Shown in pieces: positions 10,501-18,700 of a stretch of 31,977 nucleotides of DNA. Below the pieces are notes generated by a model. It ran no database searches. It worked only from the letters and a program-made list of their open reading frames with translations, and was not told the DNA's origin. Position numbers and translations under genes: made by a program. Numbering within the stretch: position 1 is the stretch's first letter; the number at the start of each line of letters is the position of its first letter. This DNA comes from a virus. Its lineage: Duplodnaviria; Caudoviricetes. The stretch is from positions 1-31,977 of IMG/VR virus record IMGVR_UViG_3300006919_000234; one strand, given 5' to 3'.

Positions 10501-10978
10501 CATCGCCTGCAATCATCAAATCCATTGTAGGGTCAACAGCGTCTGATTGAGCTAGTCCTGCATTAATAGCCCTATAGGTGTCTCCAATAGCATTAGTAAT
10601 TACGTTTTTTCCAAACATCTCCTCAATAAGAGTGTTTTCTTCTTGTGATTTAAACGCAGTAAACGGAGCCTCTTCAACATCAACTTTAGGTTCATCTTTT
10701 TTTACAAGTATTCCTTGACTTACATAATCATCAAAGGTGTCAGGATACGCTTCTCTAAGTGCATTTTCTCCGTAAAGGTTCCCGTCATACTCATAAACCG
10801 AACCTACGACTTCTGCCTCAGTGTCTTGTTGAATTTCATCTTCAACAACTTCTTCTGACTCTTTTTTTAAAAGAATACCTTCAGATACATAATCATCAAA
10901 TGTATCTGGATATGCTTCTCTAAGTGCAGACTCTGAGTAAGATGTTCCTTCGTATTCGTAAATGTTATCTTCTTCCAT
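1586..10978 (-). CDS. Giant polyvalent virion/ejection protein (3130 aa): hydrophobic N-region, ART-like domain, zincin metallopeptidase, unknown domain, LPD23, ART-PolyVal, helical C-region
   Basis: Ala/Gly hydrophobic stretches (~9700-10380); YRAEG..WFT..A..YA..E; HEVFH+EE; TGWERGADGKWRYEI..HEIQH..YKRLAGEVESRNVQKR (LPD23); RTPAFKNWFGDW..VYHGS..YA..LNIKNP..EIVAF (ART-PolyVal); last large gene after the tail cluster. Confidence 0.85.
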   Translation of the reverse strand: MEEDNIYEYEGTSYSESALREAYPDTFDDYVSEGILLKKESEEVVEDEIQQDTEAEVVGSVYEYDGNLYGENALREAYPDTFDDYVSQGILVKKDEPKVDVEEAPFTAFKSQEENTLIEEMFGKNVITNAIGDTYRAINAGLAQSDAVDPTMDLMIAGDDATDRQLYEYIRINKELAKNQKIQDEMAAWDKAVDENGGGAYGILMATIENPGIAVPLMASSLATMVGSLQSEEVIAATVAGAGASAAVTGGIGAAATAATGGIAAPVAVGATALAALRGGQAALQATMEATLTFNELLQEEIEGELTFENVKAVLSDPEKLSELRTKAIARGSIIGAVDYITFGIANKFTGAALKAVKKGTSVASRAAIKTGAVVGGTAIEGAGGGAGEAAARFAIGQDMDIKEIALETIGEFGGAALSVGPAAYNNLKVVSGRVQANKTAKDGGYKNTSSVFAPDTDIDQATIDLASNKNTSSIVDEQVEIEVANGRMTQEEADTIKENFRATQGAVNTANKIGRLSKENKPEVVNLLMEEKKLKDKIKDVDNASLTKIESNRLKEVQSRLEEIGNIEEESTSIEIDVTDSEYKDFVDNGNVTDERLNSLAQKVKDNTELTEKEQAIFNDKTSEVEEILKTFTEPTVEEAALETTQPTSEVDNIDYIDETLYNKNVNQTPEGTEFINVYRAEGKVVDTENLPLSVRGNAGSWFTPFKAEAERYAAMGNRKVYKIAIPKALYDNLLEGRKGDVAMSKGEIQLPRNISSLKTEVSKPTQQTSEVEAKKPKATKTTKSKPTKTTKAKPTVETKSKTKSQVESKTKEIADVVAQRKKEREKYKEDSDKNFDEREKIKDDKNLSKEEKQKKIKALEEKRDKIKNSYEKKNNELGDKKNKLEKERQSLEKKYKKESKSEENKRSQKEYSSEVNSEAIKNKIRGQIKNAIKALSNIAKGVTIEVYETQKEYEASGGNPIDGGEYVLATKTIKINLEKANLRTVAHEVFHAILLKDGITNKEAQRITSDMLDAVRRIASPKLLKRLDAFASKYTNGLQSEESISELFGILAENYETSSPVKKLINEWLRKLAKVLNIPIKGMLDSDKDIIEFLSVVSQKVASGEVIEQADIDILQSTAPIGNPTIINKPSLEKRKQIDFKESYKMSLVTSKDKIDLISLIDDIIKKNQKVWFWVADQLGLGEYEGVQMDAGPSFALQPENRKKKAIWASGLDDVKLNKNIKEADFIFIISGSPIVSKLFNKKVFDIYKKKLGDYESFKEKALATNPVKGIKETLEEFDSWADMRKSTRRKAFLIAVNEQFKKPNTKFHKLVQELGGFVDLNELRDGFYKENNFSQNDIMLVLKPTKLGGKSKHSTYSTDILGELVGVPDIKMNAEEIMPTDIKEKISGKGISEKTSSIAPYGGAVPSAVKNITAPETRKQIIGENAELSQNVRDNLSVARQMETDNKDAKTIRIATGWERGADGKWRYEIDDITITGDVTPWTDEWEGAQGYVTKLKNIVSGELLKLYPQIGEKVFVGRGLTSDASFGTMAQMLKRRNGWDIFMSDGIFNGDVEFGKSVLLHEIQHIIQDIEGFERGGNSGMFDNEMDTLRFSNVNALRSFAKDVAIKNPEKGWDITYGSDAVKKYEEIFGEKPSPTVVTLASVLEQQLSRGIDVDETTVYKTLKNNNLTSFEKYKRLAGEVESRNVQKRMDMTPEQRRDTTLQETEDVAREDQIFFTDAPETRQQRTTRLAPNGNQSNLTDVQYDTVRTPAFKNWFGDWENDPKNASKVVDENGEPMVVYHGSAADFDVFDKKKLGSLTNTEIAKAGFFFASNKSAADQYAFIGGLQNPFLENKLTEARAFFLNIKNPYKGTNKEWSDLLNWASNGSRKYDSPTALKKANKEFKEFLLKENFDGVDFDNGLEIVAFEPTQAKLADGTNTTFDPDAPSIRQQKATLLTDELTGSGLTEAEIIKQGYLEFFNSMKDRAEDADFIYSEFVEEALDRMQSKINRIRETFKNKISRNKEARKEVRKQIAEILKNSGLDSVSKRAIKSIMKNIENATPATMQKKVAEVMDVISRDIKRQARYNRKKTLGKALSNIGKIGSLKELNNILVDALKINPQYLSDKTLVKYDKIISSLASVSKKFDMPSRIELKSLAEAVITSFQADYKLAQEIIRDRINNNLDPNKSVLENLNQMKKENKITDSEFELLVRFKDQINETKKENVSAEDKAKTAQERRSEATEDFEAAIQGIPKSFKDLNDDERSVLRIVKTLTLKDLENLTTNEIQKLVRGLEGLMAGYIGSDLIQSVDTIKADRLSKNTATGETLERGFIDKLLTRAKTTIMNIFRARDKQVTPIMERIRSTPLKNIDQILNDAAKGFKSTKIYENVFRPTGVAFEAASKKLKMAKKDLDRAGAFLDISRNKRYAQKVKIMIYQIQREYDSNGGKKANAELVTAISMINHTLKDPLVDLSDRERATIEKIRDEYLSIDGEIDADKIFNSFTDKEKKSLALIDKVYSDIQEMARMDAARQGLPFVLRKNYVHLPRITKGQNTMTSEEEFEALADNFANPVSMKSKALFQRNGKPHSISFDPIYNANAISRKATVSYYMVPAVKIGKRVLANLKANAKTDYQKDLFNSLEEVYDSIIRSEYKNVTKDRAFIEKALSFLGRSGYLAQLAGPIKAAVELASNATHAILYNPIAFNEGFQVLSKVPKDTINKALNNLYSTQTARLTENEGGSKDIEERLYASAPLFQQEQMTSDFGDRIGKVFSVLKKPAKAFMKFNEDLITKPDSLVAKPLFIGAFSASFEESTGQKPNWEKIANDENYRNKFDSAIQKASEDGDAAVIDNAASNNPFDAIPKNILDRDASAIKQALQTVNRYMSRFRTFEYYSALKGVQSMIGKGDLTKSQGALLLTATVIRMSMYKMAIDMAFSVVFSLLGLDDEDDEKEIDEEVSKGVLGAIATLALGRYLGNVAQMPVNYGAEWLNREYGEGITFSGDYNAYKDGIVFSKIPMEVKPQDNMISNVVINSLGSYTPMVKTVDRAGKLITRATASKRQETRDRNLDELLTRIPFEIAGNSGVIPGYKTLRKIYNKYLFGAGKNAATSKSNKISRFTGPKLNKSTVPKLNKSTVPKLNKSTVPKLNK
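1593..1675. repeat. 24-bp perfect tandem repeat x3.5 (PKLNKSTV)
   Basis: tttagttttggtactgtggatttg at 1593, 1617 and 1641, partial at 1665. Confidence 0.97.
5173..6731. repeat. Dispersed in-frame direct repeats (AP-x-x-R-x-Q linker) at 5173-5199, 5791-5817 and 6709-6731
   Basis: tctgctgacgggtttctggtgcg vs tctgcttacgggtttctggtgcg (22/23 identical); third copy 21/27; spacings 918 and 618 bp. Confidence 0.9.
8600..8640. repeat. 24-bp-period repeat encoding a Lys/Thr/Pro-rich linker (TKTTKSKPTKTTKAKP)
   Basis: ttttgttgttttagtag at 8600 and 8624. Confidence 0.8.
8658..9043. repeat. In-frame direct repeat pair (TQ[P/Q]TSEV linker) at 8658-8680 and 9021-9043
   Basis: tcaacctcactagtttgttgtgt vs tcaacctcactagttggttgtgt (22/23 identical), spacing 363 bp. 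Confidence 0.9.
10700..10965. repeat. Duplicated ~34-aa N-terminal module (YEY.G..Y.E.ALREAYPDTFDDYVS.GIL.KK x2)
   Basis: Two copies 165 bp apart (cataatcatcaaa at 10723 and 10888). Confidence 0.92.
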
Positions 10979-10996
10979 ATTATATTATTATGCTTG

Positions 10997-13396
10997 TTAT
11001 AAGCTTAACCCTTTTCTAATTACATCATCTGTAAAATATCTTAAAGATTCTTTACCACCTTCTGCTATTGCAGTAGCTTTAATCCATTCAAGCATATTTG
11101 GATTTTTAACTGAATCTTTAATGCTAGTTAATCCTTGACTTTCGGCAATTATTTTAGCATAATTTTGCAAATGAGGCATAAGCTTTTTATTCTTTTTATA
11201 GTATTCTTTTTCTTTTGGTTCTGAAGCATATCTATTTACATACTCTTCAATAGAATTAGTTGCGGATATGTTTTTCTCAATAACTTTAGCAAGTGCTCGA
11301 ACACCCATTTCTGGAGTTTCAAACACTGCAAATGTTTCTTTTGTATTTAAATTAGTTTGACCTTCCCATTGATTTGAAGATATATTTTTAATATTCCCTA
11401 AGTTGTTGTTTCTTACATTTAAACTATCTGATGAGTTAGTTGGGATACGTTTACTTACTGAAGATAAATCTAATTTTTTAATTTTATCTACATCTGTAAT
11501 TGGCTTTTGTTTTTTAGGTGGATTTTTTTCTTCATTAACAAACCCTTCGTACTCTGGGCTCATCTTTATAGCACTCTCCATTTCTTTTGCGTACACATCT
11601 TGCCACCCATCTTCCTCTAAATCAATCTCAACTTTATCACCATTTGGTTTTGTTAAAAGTAAAGCGTCACTACCAACATTAGTTTCCTCTAAACCTATAC
11701 CTAACTTAGATAATCTTTTTAAATAACCACCCGATAAATTATCCATAAAATCTTCTTCCGATATATCAGAGTCTACATTTTTTATTGGATTAATAAGGTC
11801 CTTTACAATTGCAGCTTTAGGTATTTTTTTCCCTGGCTTAATAACACCTCTGACATCTTGTCCAAAAATATCAAGCAAATTCCTTTCGGCTAGTCTTGCC
11901 CCTTCATCGGTATTTAAATTCATCGTTAAAATAAATTCATCATCTTTATCAAAAACATCAATATCTCCAGATTTGTCATTTCTTACCTGAAAAATAGGTA
12001 CATCTTTTATTCCTTGTAACGTAGAAAAATCTATCTCTTCATACCTTCCCTCCTTTGCAAGCGAACTATTTTTTTGAATTTCAGAAGATATAGATTCGGC
12101 TCTTTGACCTCTTGGTTTTCCTCTTACATATTCAGGGGCATTACTTTTTGTTTCTGTAGGTTTGTTTAAAGCACCATAAAGTTTTAAAGCGTTATCCACC
12201 CCTACTTTCCTTATTTTATCTTTCATCTCTTCGCTATAGCCATTATCTGGATATTTTGTAAAATCCCTAACAAGCTCATCTTCAGATATAAGAATTTCTT
12301 CCCCATACTCTACCTCTCCTTTTTCATTTCTACCTTTTACTGGCTTGTGAACATAGTATTTTTTACCATCAATTTCTCTTGTTTCTTTTACATTAGTTCT
12401 AATGTAGTCAAAAAGCTCTGGTCCTTTAAATCCAAACCAAGTATTCATAGTTGCGTTTACGGATGGAGTTACTGCTGCGGTTGCATTAGCTATATCTACA
12501 GCTTTTCTCTCAACTAAAATTGAAATATCTTGACCTCCTTCTACTTTTTCAGTTCTTAATTGTTTCCCGTAATTTTTACTGTATTCTTTGGTAAACTCAC
12601 CTTTATCTATAACCTTATCTTGTTGTAGTTGATAAGCAATTCCAACTCCATTTTCACTACCGTCACCTGCTAAATCTGGTACTGTATGGAAAACGTGATA
12701 GTTATTAGTGCTTACCCCCTTTGCTGTTGTTTGTTCTTTTAATTCTCTTGTAGATATTTTATAGGAGTCACCTTCTATACCCATCTCTTTATTTAGTTGT
12801 GCTATTTCTGGACCAGATGTAACATAAAATACATCATTCCCAACAACCTCATAACTATTTCTTGCGTTAATATTGTTTCCTGGTTTTTCAACATTAATCA
12901 TAACTAAAAGCCTTGGGTCAGTAGATGAACTTATAGAGCCACCTTTTGAATCCATACCACCTTTTAACATTGCATCGTTAAAAATTGAAAACACAGATTC
13001 TTTTGCAGCAAGTTGCAGACCTAATTCGTAGTTTGTAAAATTTTCAAACTCTCTAATTTTAATTGCATCTTCCTCCATACCTTCGTATGGTTCTTTTGCC
13101 ATATTATATCTAGCTGCCGCTTCTTTAAACTCCTTTGTTCTTGGCTCAAGTGCACTAAGTAAACTTTCAGAATTTACTTTATTTTCTGTAGCAACCTTTG
13201 CTACATTTGAGGAAACTTCAGATTCGTATTGATTTATCTTTTTTGTTAATTCAAAGTTTTTTTGTTTATTAGCTGCTGCCATTGCAGCATATTTAGACAT
13301 AGTTTCACTTATGCCCGAACTTACATCTTTTATCTGCTTAACAAAAGCATCTCCTAAAGTTGTATCTACTGTTGACCTTGGATTTCTATAGCTCAT
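10997..13396 (-). CDS. Probable internal virion/ejection protein with C-terminal lysozyme-like domain (799 aa)
   Basis: C-terminal RNNNLGNIK..W.GQ..FAVFETPEMGVRAL..I..YVNRYA resembles the RNNNPGNI muramidase-like virion family; lies between the tail genes and the giant gene. Confidence 0.7.
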   Translation of the reverse strand: MSYRNPRSTVDTTLGDAFVKQIKDVSSGISETMSKYAAMAAANKQKNFELTKKINQYESEVSSNVAKVATENKVNSESLLSALEPRTKEFKEAAARYNMAKEPYEGMEEDAIKIREFENFTNYELGLQLAAKESVFSIFNDAMLKGGMDSKGGSISSSTDPRLLVMINVEKPGNNINARNSYEVVGNDVFYVTSGPEIAQLNKEMGIEGDSYKISTRELKEQTTAKGVSTNNYHVFHTVPDLAGDGSENGVGIAYQLQQDKVIDKGEFTKEYSKNYGKQLRTEKVEGGQDISILVERKAVDIANATAAVTPSVNATMNTWFGFKGPELFDYIRTNVKETREIDGKKYYVHKPVKGRNEKGEVEYGEEILISEDELVRDFTKYPDNGYSEEMKDKIRKVGVDNALKLYGALNKPTETKSNAPEYVRGKPRGQRAESISSEIQKNSSLAKEGRYEEIDFSTLQGIKDVPIFQVRNDKSGDIDVFDKDDEFILTMNLNTDEGARLAERNLLDIFGQDVRGVIKPGKKIPKAAIVKDLINPIKNVDSDISEEDFMDNLSGGYLKRLSKLGIGLEETNVGSDALLLTKPNGDKVEIDLEEDGWQDVYAKEMESAIKMSPEYEGFVNEEKNPPKKQKPITDVDKIKKLDLSSVSKRIPTNSSDSLNVRNNNLGNIKNISSNQWEGQTNLNTKETFAVFETPEMGVRALAKVIEKNISATNSIEEYVNRYASEPKEKEYYKKNKKLMPHLQNYAKIIAESQGLTSIKDSVKNPNMLEWIKATAIAEGGKESLRYFTDDVIRKGLSL

Positions 13397-13408
13397 ATTT
13401 TTATATTT

Positions 13409-14041
13409 TTATTTTGCTTTTTTAGAGCCTGCTTTTTTAGAGCCTGCTTTTTTAGAGCCTATAGAGCTTAACCCATAAGCCCCTCCCATAAGGCCTTCTG
13501 CGGCTAAGTCTCCAATAGCTTGTTGAGCTAATATTTGATTATTACTAGACGCTCTTTCTTGAGCATTTGCTTGGTCAGTTAAAGCCGCTTGTCTATCAAG
13601 CTGACCCTCCTCTCTTCTTTCTCTAGCATTGAAGGCATACAACTCTCCTTCTGCTCTCATTTTTTCATTATTTGCTTCTTGTTGCTCTATGTTTGCAGAT
13701 ACATCTTTTTTACTTTGTAATGCAGCTTGTGCAAGTGCGGTAGCACCACCAGCCGCAGCACCAGTTGCTCTAATTGCATCTAGGGTGTTAGCTAAAGCAA
13801 TGTCTGTTTGCTCTATTTGCATCTCGGCAGCCTGTGTTGCTACTCCAATATTTGCAAAAGGATTTGTTACATCTTGCCTAGAATTTTCTAGTTGAGTTAA
13901 TTTTTCTCTCATTTGAGTTGCGTGTGCTGCATCATCTGATGCTTGTTTTCTCATTGAGTCGTAAGTTTTAAGCGAGGTGTATAATTTAATTCCAACCCCT
14001 GCTAAACCTAAAACTCCTGATGCTATTTGTGCTGCTGGCAT
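13409..14041 (-). CDS. Probable small ejection (internal virion) protein (210 aa)
   Basis: Gly/Ala hydrophobic N-terminus, Ala/Gln coiled coil, ATGAAAGGATALAQAA motif; first of three ejection-type genes. Confidence 0.65.
   Translation of the reverse strand: MPAAQIASGVLGLAGVGIKLYTSLKTYDSMRKQASDDAAHATQMREKLTQLENSRQDVTNPFANIGVATQAAEMQIEQTDIALANTLDAIRATGAAAGGATALAQAALQSKKDVSANIEQQEANNEKMRAEGELYAFNARERREEGQLDRQAALTDQANAQERASSNNQILAQQAIGDLAAEGLMGGAYGLSSIGSKKAGSKKAGSKKAK
13416..13460. repeat. 15-bp perfect tandem repeat x3 (GSKKA)
   Basis: gcttttttagagcct at 13416, 13431 and 13446. Confidence 0.97.
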
Positions 14042-14055
14042 ATTATTTTATTTTT

Positions 14056-15744
14056 TTAAGATTTTACAAAATTTGATGATACTGCAAATAAATTCTTTTG
14101 ACCACCTAAATCTGTTGTGTTGTCTGTACTTATTTTTACTGTAGAGTAAAACCCTTTTATTCCACTCATACTAGAGCCTGGAAGAACTTGTCCTGGCATT
14201 CCTTGAGGAATATTTGAATTATTAGATAAGGCCCCTTTGTTGATTAAGTTTGCAACATACTTGTTTTCTTTTAAGTTAAAACCAACTCTGTATGTTATCC
14301 CTGCCTCTAAGTAAGCCCCTTCGTTATAACTTTTTATTTCCGATGACTCATCCCTGTAATTAGAGTTTAAAGTATTTACTAACAAAGCTCCCGTTGGGTC
14401 TGATAAGAAATAATCTACTTGCCATCCGTTTGTTCCTTCATAGCTTACTGTCTGAAAGTTTTTAGATACAGACACCATTGGATTAAATGATAATTGAACA
14501 GATGTTGGATTGTACACTCCATAGAAAGTCCCCCTATTATTAATTACACTTTCATCGTAATGTTTCCATAGAGAGCCACCTTTTGTTGTATAATAAGAGT
14601 TATTTAATGTACCACCAAAGCTTGGGTCATAATCCCAAAAGCTAGTCCATCCATTATTACTTTCGTTAAAAGAAAGAGTTTCATAGGCGTAAGATGTTGC
14701 TTCCCAATTCTGCATAGATACAACGTACTTGTCGTAGTAGTTGTCGTATGCCCCTACAACCCTGTCCATTACACTACTTGATAGTATTACAGTAGACCCT
14801 AATGCAATAGTTGATGTTATGTTATCGTTTAGCGTTATTATTTTATTTATTTCGTCTATGTCAATAATGTATAGCCCTGTTGGAAGTATGCCATCCCCTG
14901 ATAAAGACATACCGTACTGAACTCTATCAAACGTATTAGTGTCCTCATCTAAATTTGACAATGTTAATTGATTAGGAGATACAGCTGCTACGATTAACTC
15001 AACTTGAATTGTTTGTAAGTTTTCAGATATATTTGATAACGTATCACGGAAGTAGTCTCTCATACCATAACTACTTATTTCTGTAAGACCATCTCTAGAC
15101 AACCTCATTATAGCTCCTCTGTTTTTATCAGAGAAATACATTCTACCACCTTTAAAAGCAAAAGATTCTGGATTGTCACTTATACCATACTCCCCGTTGT
15201 ATTGATTTATTTGACCAAGTACAAGCTGTGACGCTGTAAGTGCAGGGTTTCCATCTGCTGTGTAGATTGCGTCCTTGTCTATTAATGCGTTACTAACCTT
15301 ATCCTCTTGAAAGATTATTAAGTTAGTGTCTGTTGTGAATAGCCTTTGTATTGAACCATACCTAGGGTCAACCTCTTTAGTTATGTTTTCTGCTGTAGAA
15401 AATACATTGGTTTCATTAATACCAGTTCTAGAGTTGTATATTCCAGAGTATATTAATCCGTTAGTAAGCCTTAACTCAGAATCTTCAGACTCTGATATAT
15501 AAGCCTTTGCTCCAAAATCAACTTGTTTATTGTTGTATCCACCCCTTATCCTTGACTCTTCAATATACCAAGACACTTGATTAGCAAGGGTATCATCCCA
15601 CGCTAACAAAGGAAACTTTGGATACCCTACTGGGTTCCAGGGTAATGAAGGCCAAGTAGCCTTGCCAGCAGCCCCGCTATTTTCTTCTACAACTTTCTTT
15701 ACTAAAAAAGAATTGAAGTATGTTATTTCTTTTAAAAATCCCAT
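14056..15744 (-). CDS. Tail stabilization/muzzle protein, C-terminal-type subunit (562 aa)
   Basis: Beta-propeller-like motifs (YGSIQRL, LIIFQEDKV, YGISDNPESFA, YFSDKNRGAIMRLSRDGLTEIS, GWTSFWDY) typical of crAss-like P22 gp10-type proteins. Confidence 0.7.
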   Translation of the reverse strand: MGFLKEITYFNSFLVKKVVEENSGAAGKATWPSLPWNPVGYPKFPLLAWDDTLANQVSWYIEESRIRGGYNNKQVDFGAKAYISESEDSELRLTNGLIYSGIYNSRTGINETNVFSTAENITKEVDPRYGSIQRLFTTDTNLIIFQEDKVSNALIDKDAIYTADGNPALTASQLVLGQINQYNGEYGISDNPESFAFKGGRMYFSDKNRGAIMRLSRDGLTEISSYGMRDYFRDTLSNISENLQTIQVELIVAAVSPNQLTLSNLDEDTNTFDRVQYGMSLSGDGILPTGLYIIDIDEINKIITLNDNITSTIALGSTVILSSSVMDRVVGAYDNYYDKYVVSMQNWEATSYAYETLSFNESNNGWTSFWDYDPSFGGTLNNSYYTTKGGSLWKHYDESVINNRGTFYGVYNPTSVQLSFNPMVSVSKNFQTVSYEGTNGWQVDYFLSDPTGALLVNTLNSNYRDESSEIKSYNEGAYLEAGITYRVGFNLKENKYVANLINKGALSNNSNIPQGMPGQVLPGSSMSGIKGFYSTVKISTDNTTDLGGQKNLFAVSSNFVKS

Positions 15745-15758
15745 TTTTTTATATTAAC

Positions 15759-18700
15759 TTAAGATAATGAACTCCCATAAACTCTAACATACACAGATAT
15801 TTTATTCCATCCCTCACTGCCAATACCATAAGACCCATTAGAATAATTCGTAGAGTCTCTAACTTTCAATACTAATTTGTAAACCACATCTCTAAAAGTT
15901 CCTATAGGAGTTACTTGGACTTTATTAAACCATTGTAATCTGCTTCTTACTGCTTGTATCTCAAGGTTTCCGTTTTGGTTAACCAACAAACTAAAAGTAT
16001 TTATTCCTTCAAGAACTTTTTGGTCTCTATTTTCAGGTACTACACGTTGAATATATTCTTGGTCTGTTATATCCACCCATTTAGAATATTGAGAGCCATT
16101 AGGGTCAAAGGGAATAATCCATTCATCCCAGTATAAAACATTCTCTATCACATATGACATTCCTTCTTTGTCCAAAAGAGGACTTAATGCTCCATTTCTA
16201 AAGTCAAGAACACCTATAGTTTCATTAAAAGCAACAAAGCTAGAAAGTTTTGTTGTATATATTTGATGACCTAACCTATATTCGTATTGTCCTAGAGGGT
16301 TTTTCCACTCCCTACTTCTAAAGCCTCCAAAAAACTTCTCTGCATAAGTCCAATCATAATAGGAGAAATCAATAGTTGTCACTGGAGATACAAGTTTAGG
16401 AAAAACATTTTGTAACCTACTTGAACCATAATCTTGTATTATTCTTTGGCTAGTAACTAATCCAGTTGCAATATCTGTTGTTGTAAACTCAAAAACAAAT
16501 TTCCAATTATCAACCTGATAACTATTGCTTTTGTATACAAAGTTTGCGTTTGGTCCAGTTTCTATTTGAAATTTTTTGTTAGCAGTTTGCTTTAGTATAA
16601 AAAGTTTATTATCAACAACAGATTCATTAACACCGTTAACAACATCAACAATCTTACCTGTTAAAGTTATAGTTGAGTCTAAAGCTTTTTGAGATAAAGA
16701 TAACCCTTGATTAGTTAATATATCAAAAGAGTTTAAACTTATAATTGTGCTAGGGGCTGTTGATTCGGTTAAATTAAAAGACCACCCATCTATGGATGCT
16801 GGAATCAACTCAGTTACAGCTGTTTCTATTGATTGATTTAGTTCAGATATTAATCCTGACGTTCCTGTCTCGTAAAATATATCTAAATTAGATTCTACTG
16901 GAGCCGTTTCGTAAACATTAAGCCTTGTTAAATTAAAAGAAACTTGAGAATTATTTGTTAAATCAGGCCCAACGTTATCTCCTCCAGTTGCTCCTATTAA
17001 TTTTTGCGTTGACACCTCTCCAATGTATGGGTTTGCACCTGTTTGTGTTGATAATACAGGGCCTCCTGATGGAGAAGGAATGCTATAAAATGGAGAAACG
17101 GTGTATGGCTCTCCATCTACCATTTTATCTAACCCAATTTCATTCCTAGTTCCTATTAATGTAACTTTATCAGGAGTTGTATTTGGGATAAACTGCTTAG
17201 ATGTTGGTTCTGTTCCATCCCACTCATTGTTATAAACCCTGCCAAATAAATTTACTGAACTTGAAAACTGCAAGTCTTGTGCCCCCACTTCTTTTAAATC
17301 TCTTGGAACCTTATTTATGTTGTCTGAAAATAAAGTTATAAATGCAGTGCTTTGTGATTTTGTAGGTACTGGTGTAACTGGTGTTGGATTAGGAGGGTCA
17401 AGTTGTTTTCCTGCATTTTCTTGAGGGTAATTATTTAATATTGTTGGTAAAAAAACATTGTAGTAGTCTTGTTCTTTTTGTTGGACAACAACCTTGTATG
17501 TATACCAACCCAAAGGATTTGTTTCACTATATAACCCTGCATATCCTGGGACATCTAACAACTCTGGTATTTTAGATATAAAGTCTACCTTTAAAGAGCT
17601 TCCTCTGTAAATACTTTTTTCAGTTGCAGAATCAGTTATAAAGTCTCCTGGAGTATTTCTATACTCACAATACACAGTAGAATTTTTAGACGTAATAACA
17701 TCAGATTGTCTTCCAAACTTATCAGCTAAAACAATACCTACCTTATAAGACCTGTTTTGTTTTAACACACTATTTGGGTACTCTAGTTCACTAAAAGAAT
17801 TAAAGTTACCTAATTTATTTTTTTCGCTAGTTGTAGCAATATAGTTTATTGAGTTTGGCCTTGCAGTCCTAACTAAGTAGTTACCATAAATTACTCTATT
17901 ACCAGTCACCTCTTGGGTTTTAGCTCTAATAGGAGTTTTGTCAGAAGCCCTAGTAGAATCGTTTGTTGGTAGCGTCTTTACAGGTGACTGAGAAGAGTAT
18001 TTATATGAAATAGTATCAGAGTCCTCTAACCTTAAATCTGAGTTAGATATAGTATCTAATACTTGAATAGATGTTTTGTCTGACTCTTTATAAAGTATAT
18101 CTATTTCTTGAACTTTTAAGATGTCAACTAAAGATTCTCCATTAGGTATATCTTCTGGTAGTGGTATAATTAACTCAGCTTGATTTATTTTATTTTCAAA
18201 AAAACTAATGATAGTGCTTTTTACTGCATTGTTTTCGTCTGAATTTGCGTCATCATCATTTATGTTAGATGGAACTGAATCTTCTAAAAAATACCCATCT
18301 TGATTTGGTATAAATGCAATCTGAGAGAACGGTGCAGATAAAGAGTATTCGTTGTTGTCATACTTAAATCTGTAGCTAAATCTTATAAACTTGTCAGATA
18401 AAAAATTAGAGTCCCCATTAAATGTATTACTATAATAAGGATTTGCACCAAGAGTGACTATGTCATCTTGTTGAATTTCAGATATTTCCGTATGAGTTAT
18501 TGTAAGGCCATCAATAGATACGTCAGTTATAGTTATACCTGATAAAGCATTAAATCTTTCCTGAGAGTTTGGTGGCGGCTGAACTGCTGATATTGTTGCA
18601 CCTACCCAATTACCACTAATAGCAGATGCAACCGTAAACTGAGTGTTACTTATTTTAGTAGCAACCGTAACCGTAGCAGCTCCTGGAAGGTTTTTAGATG

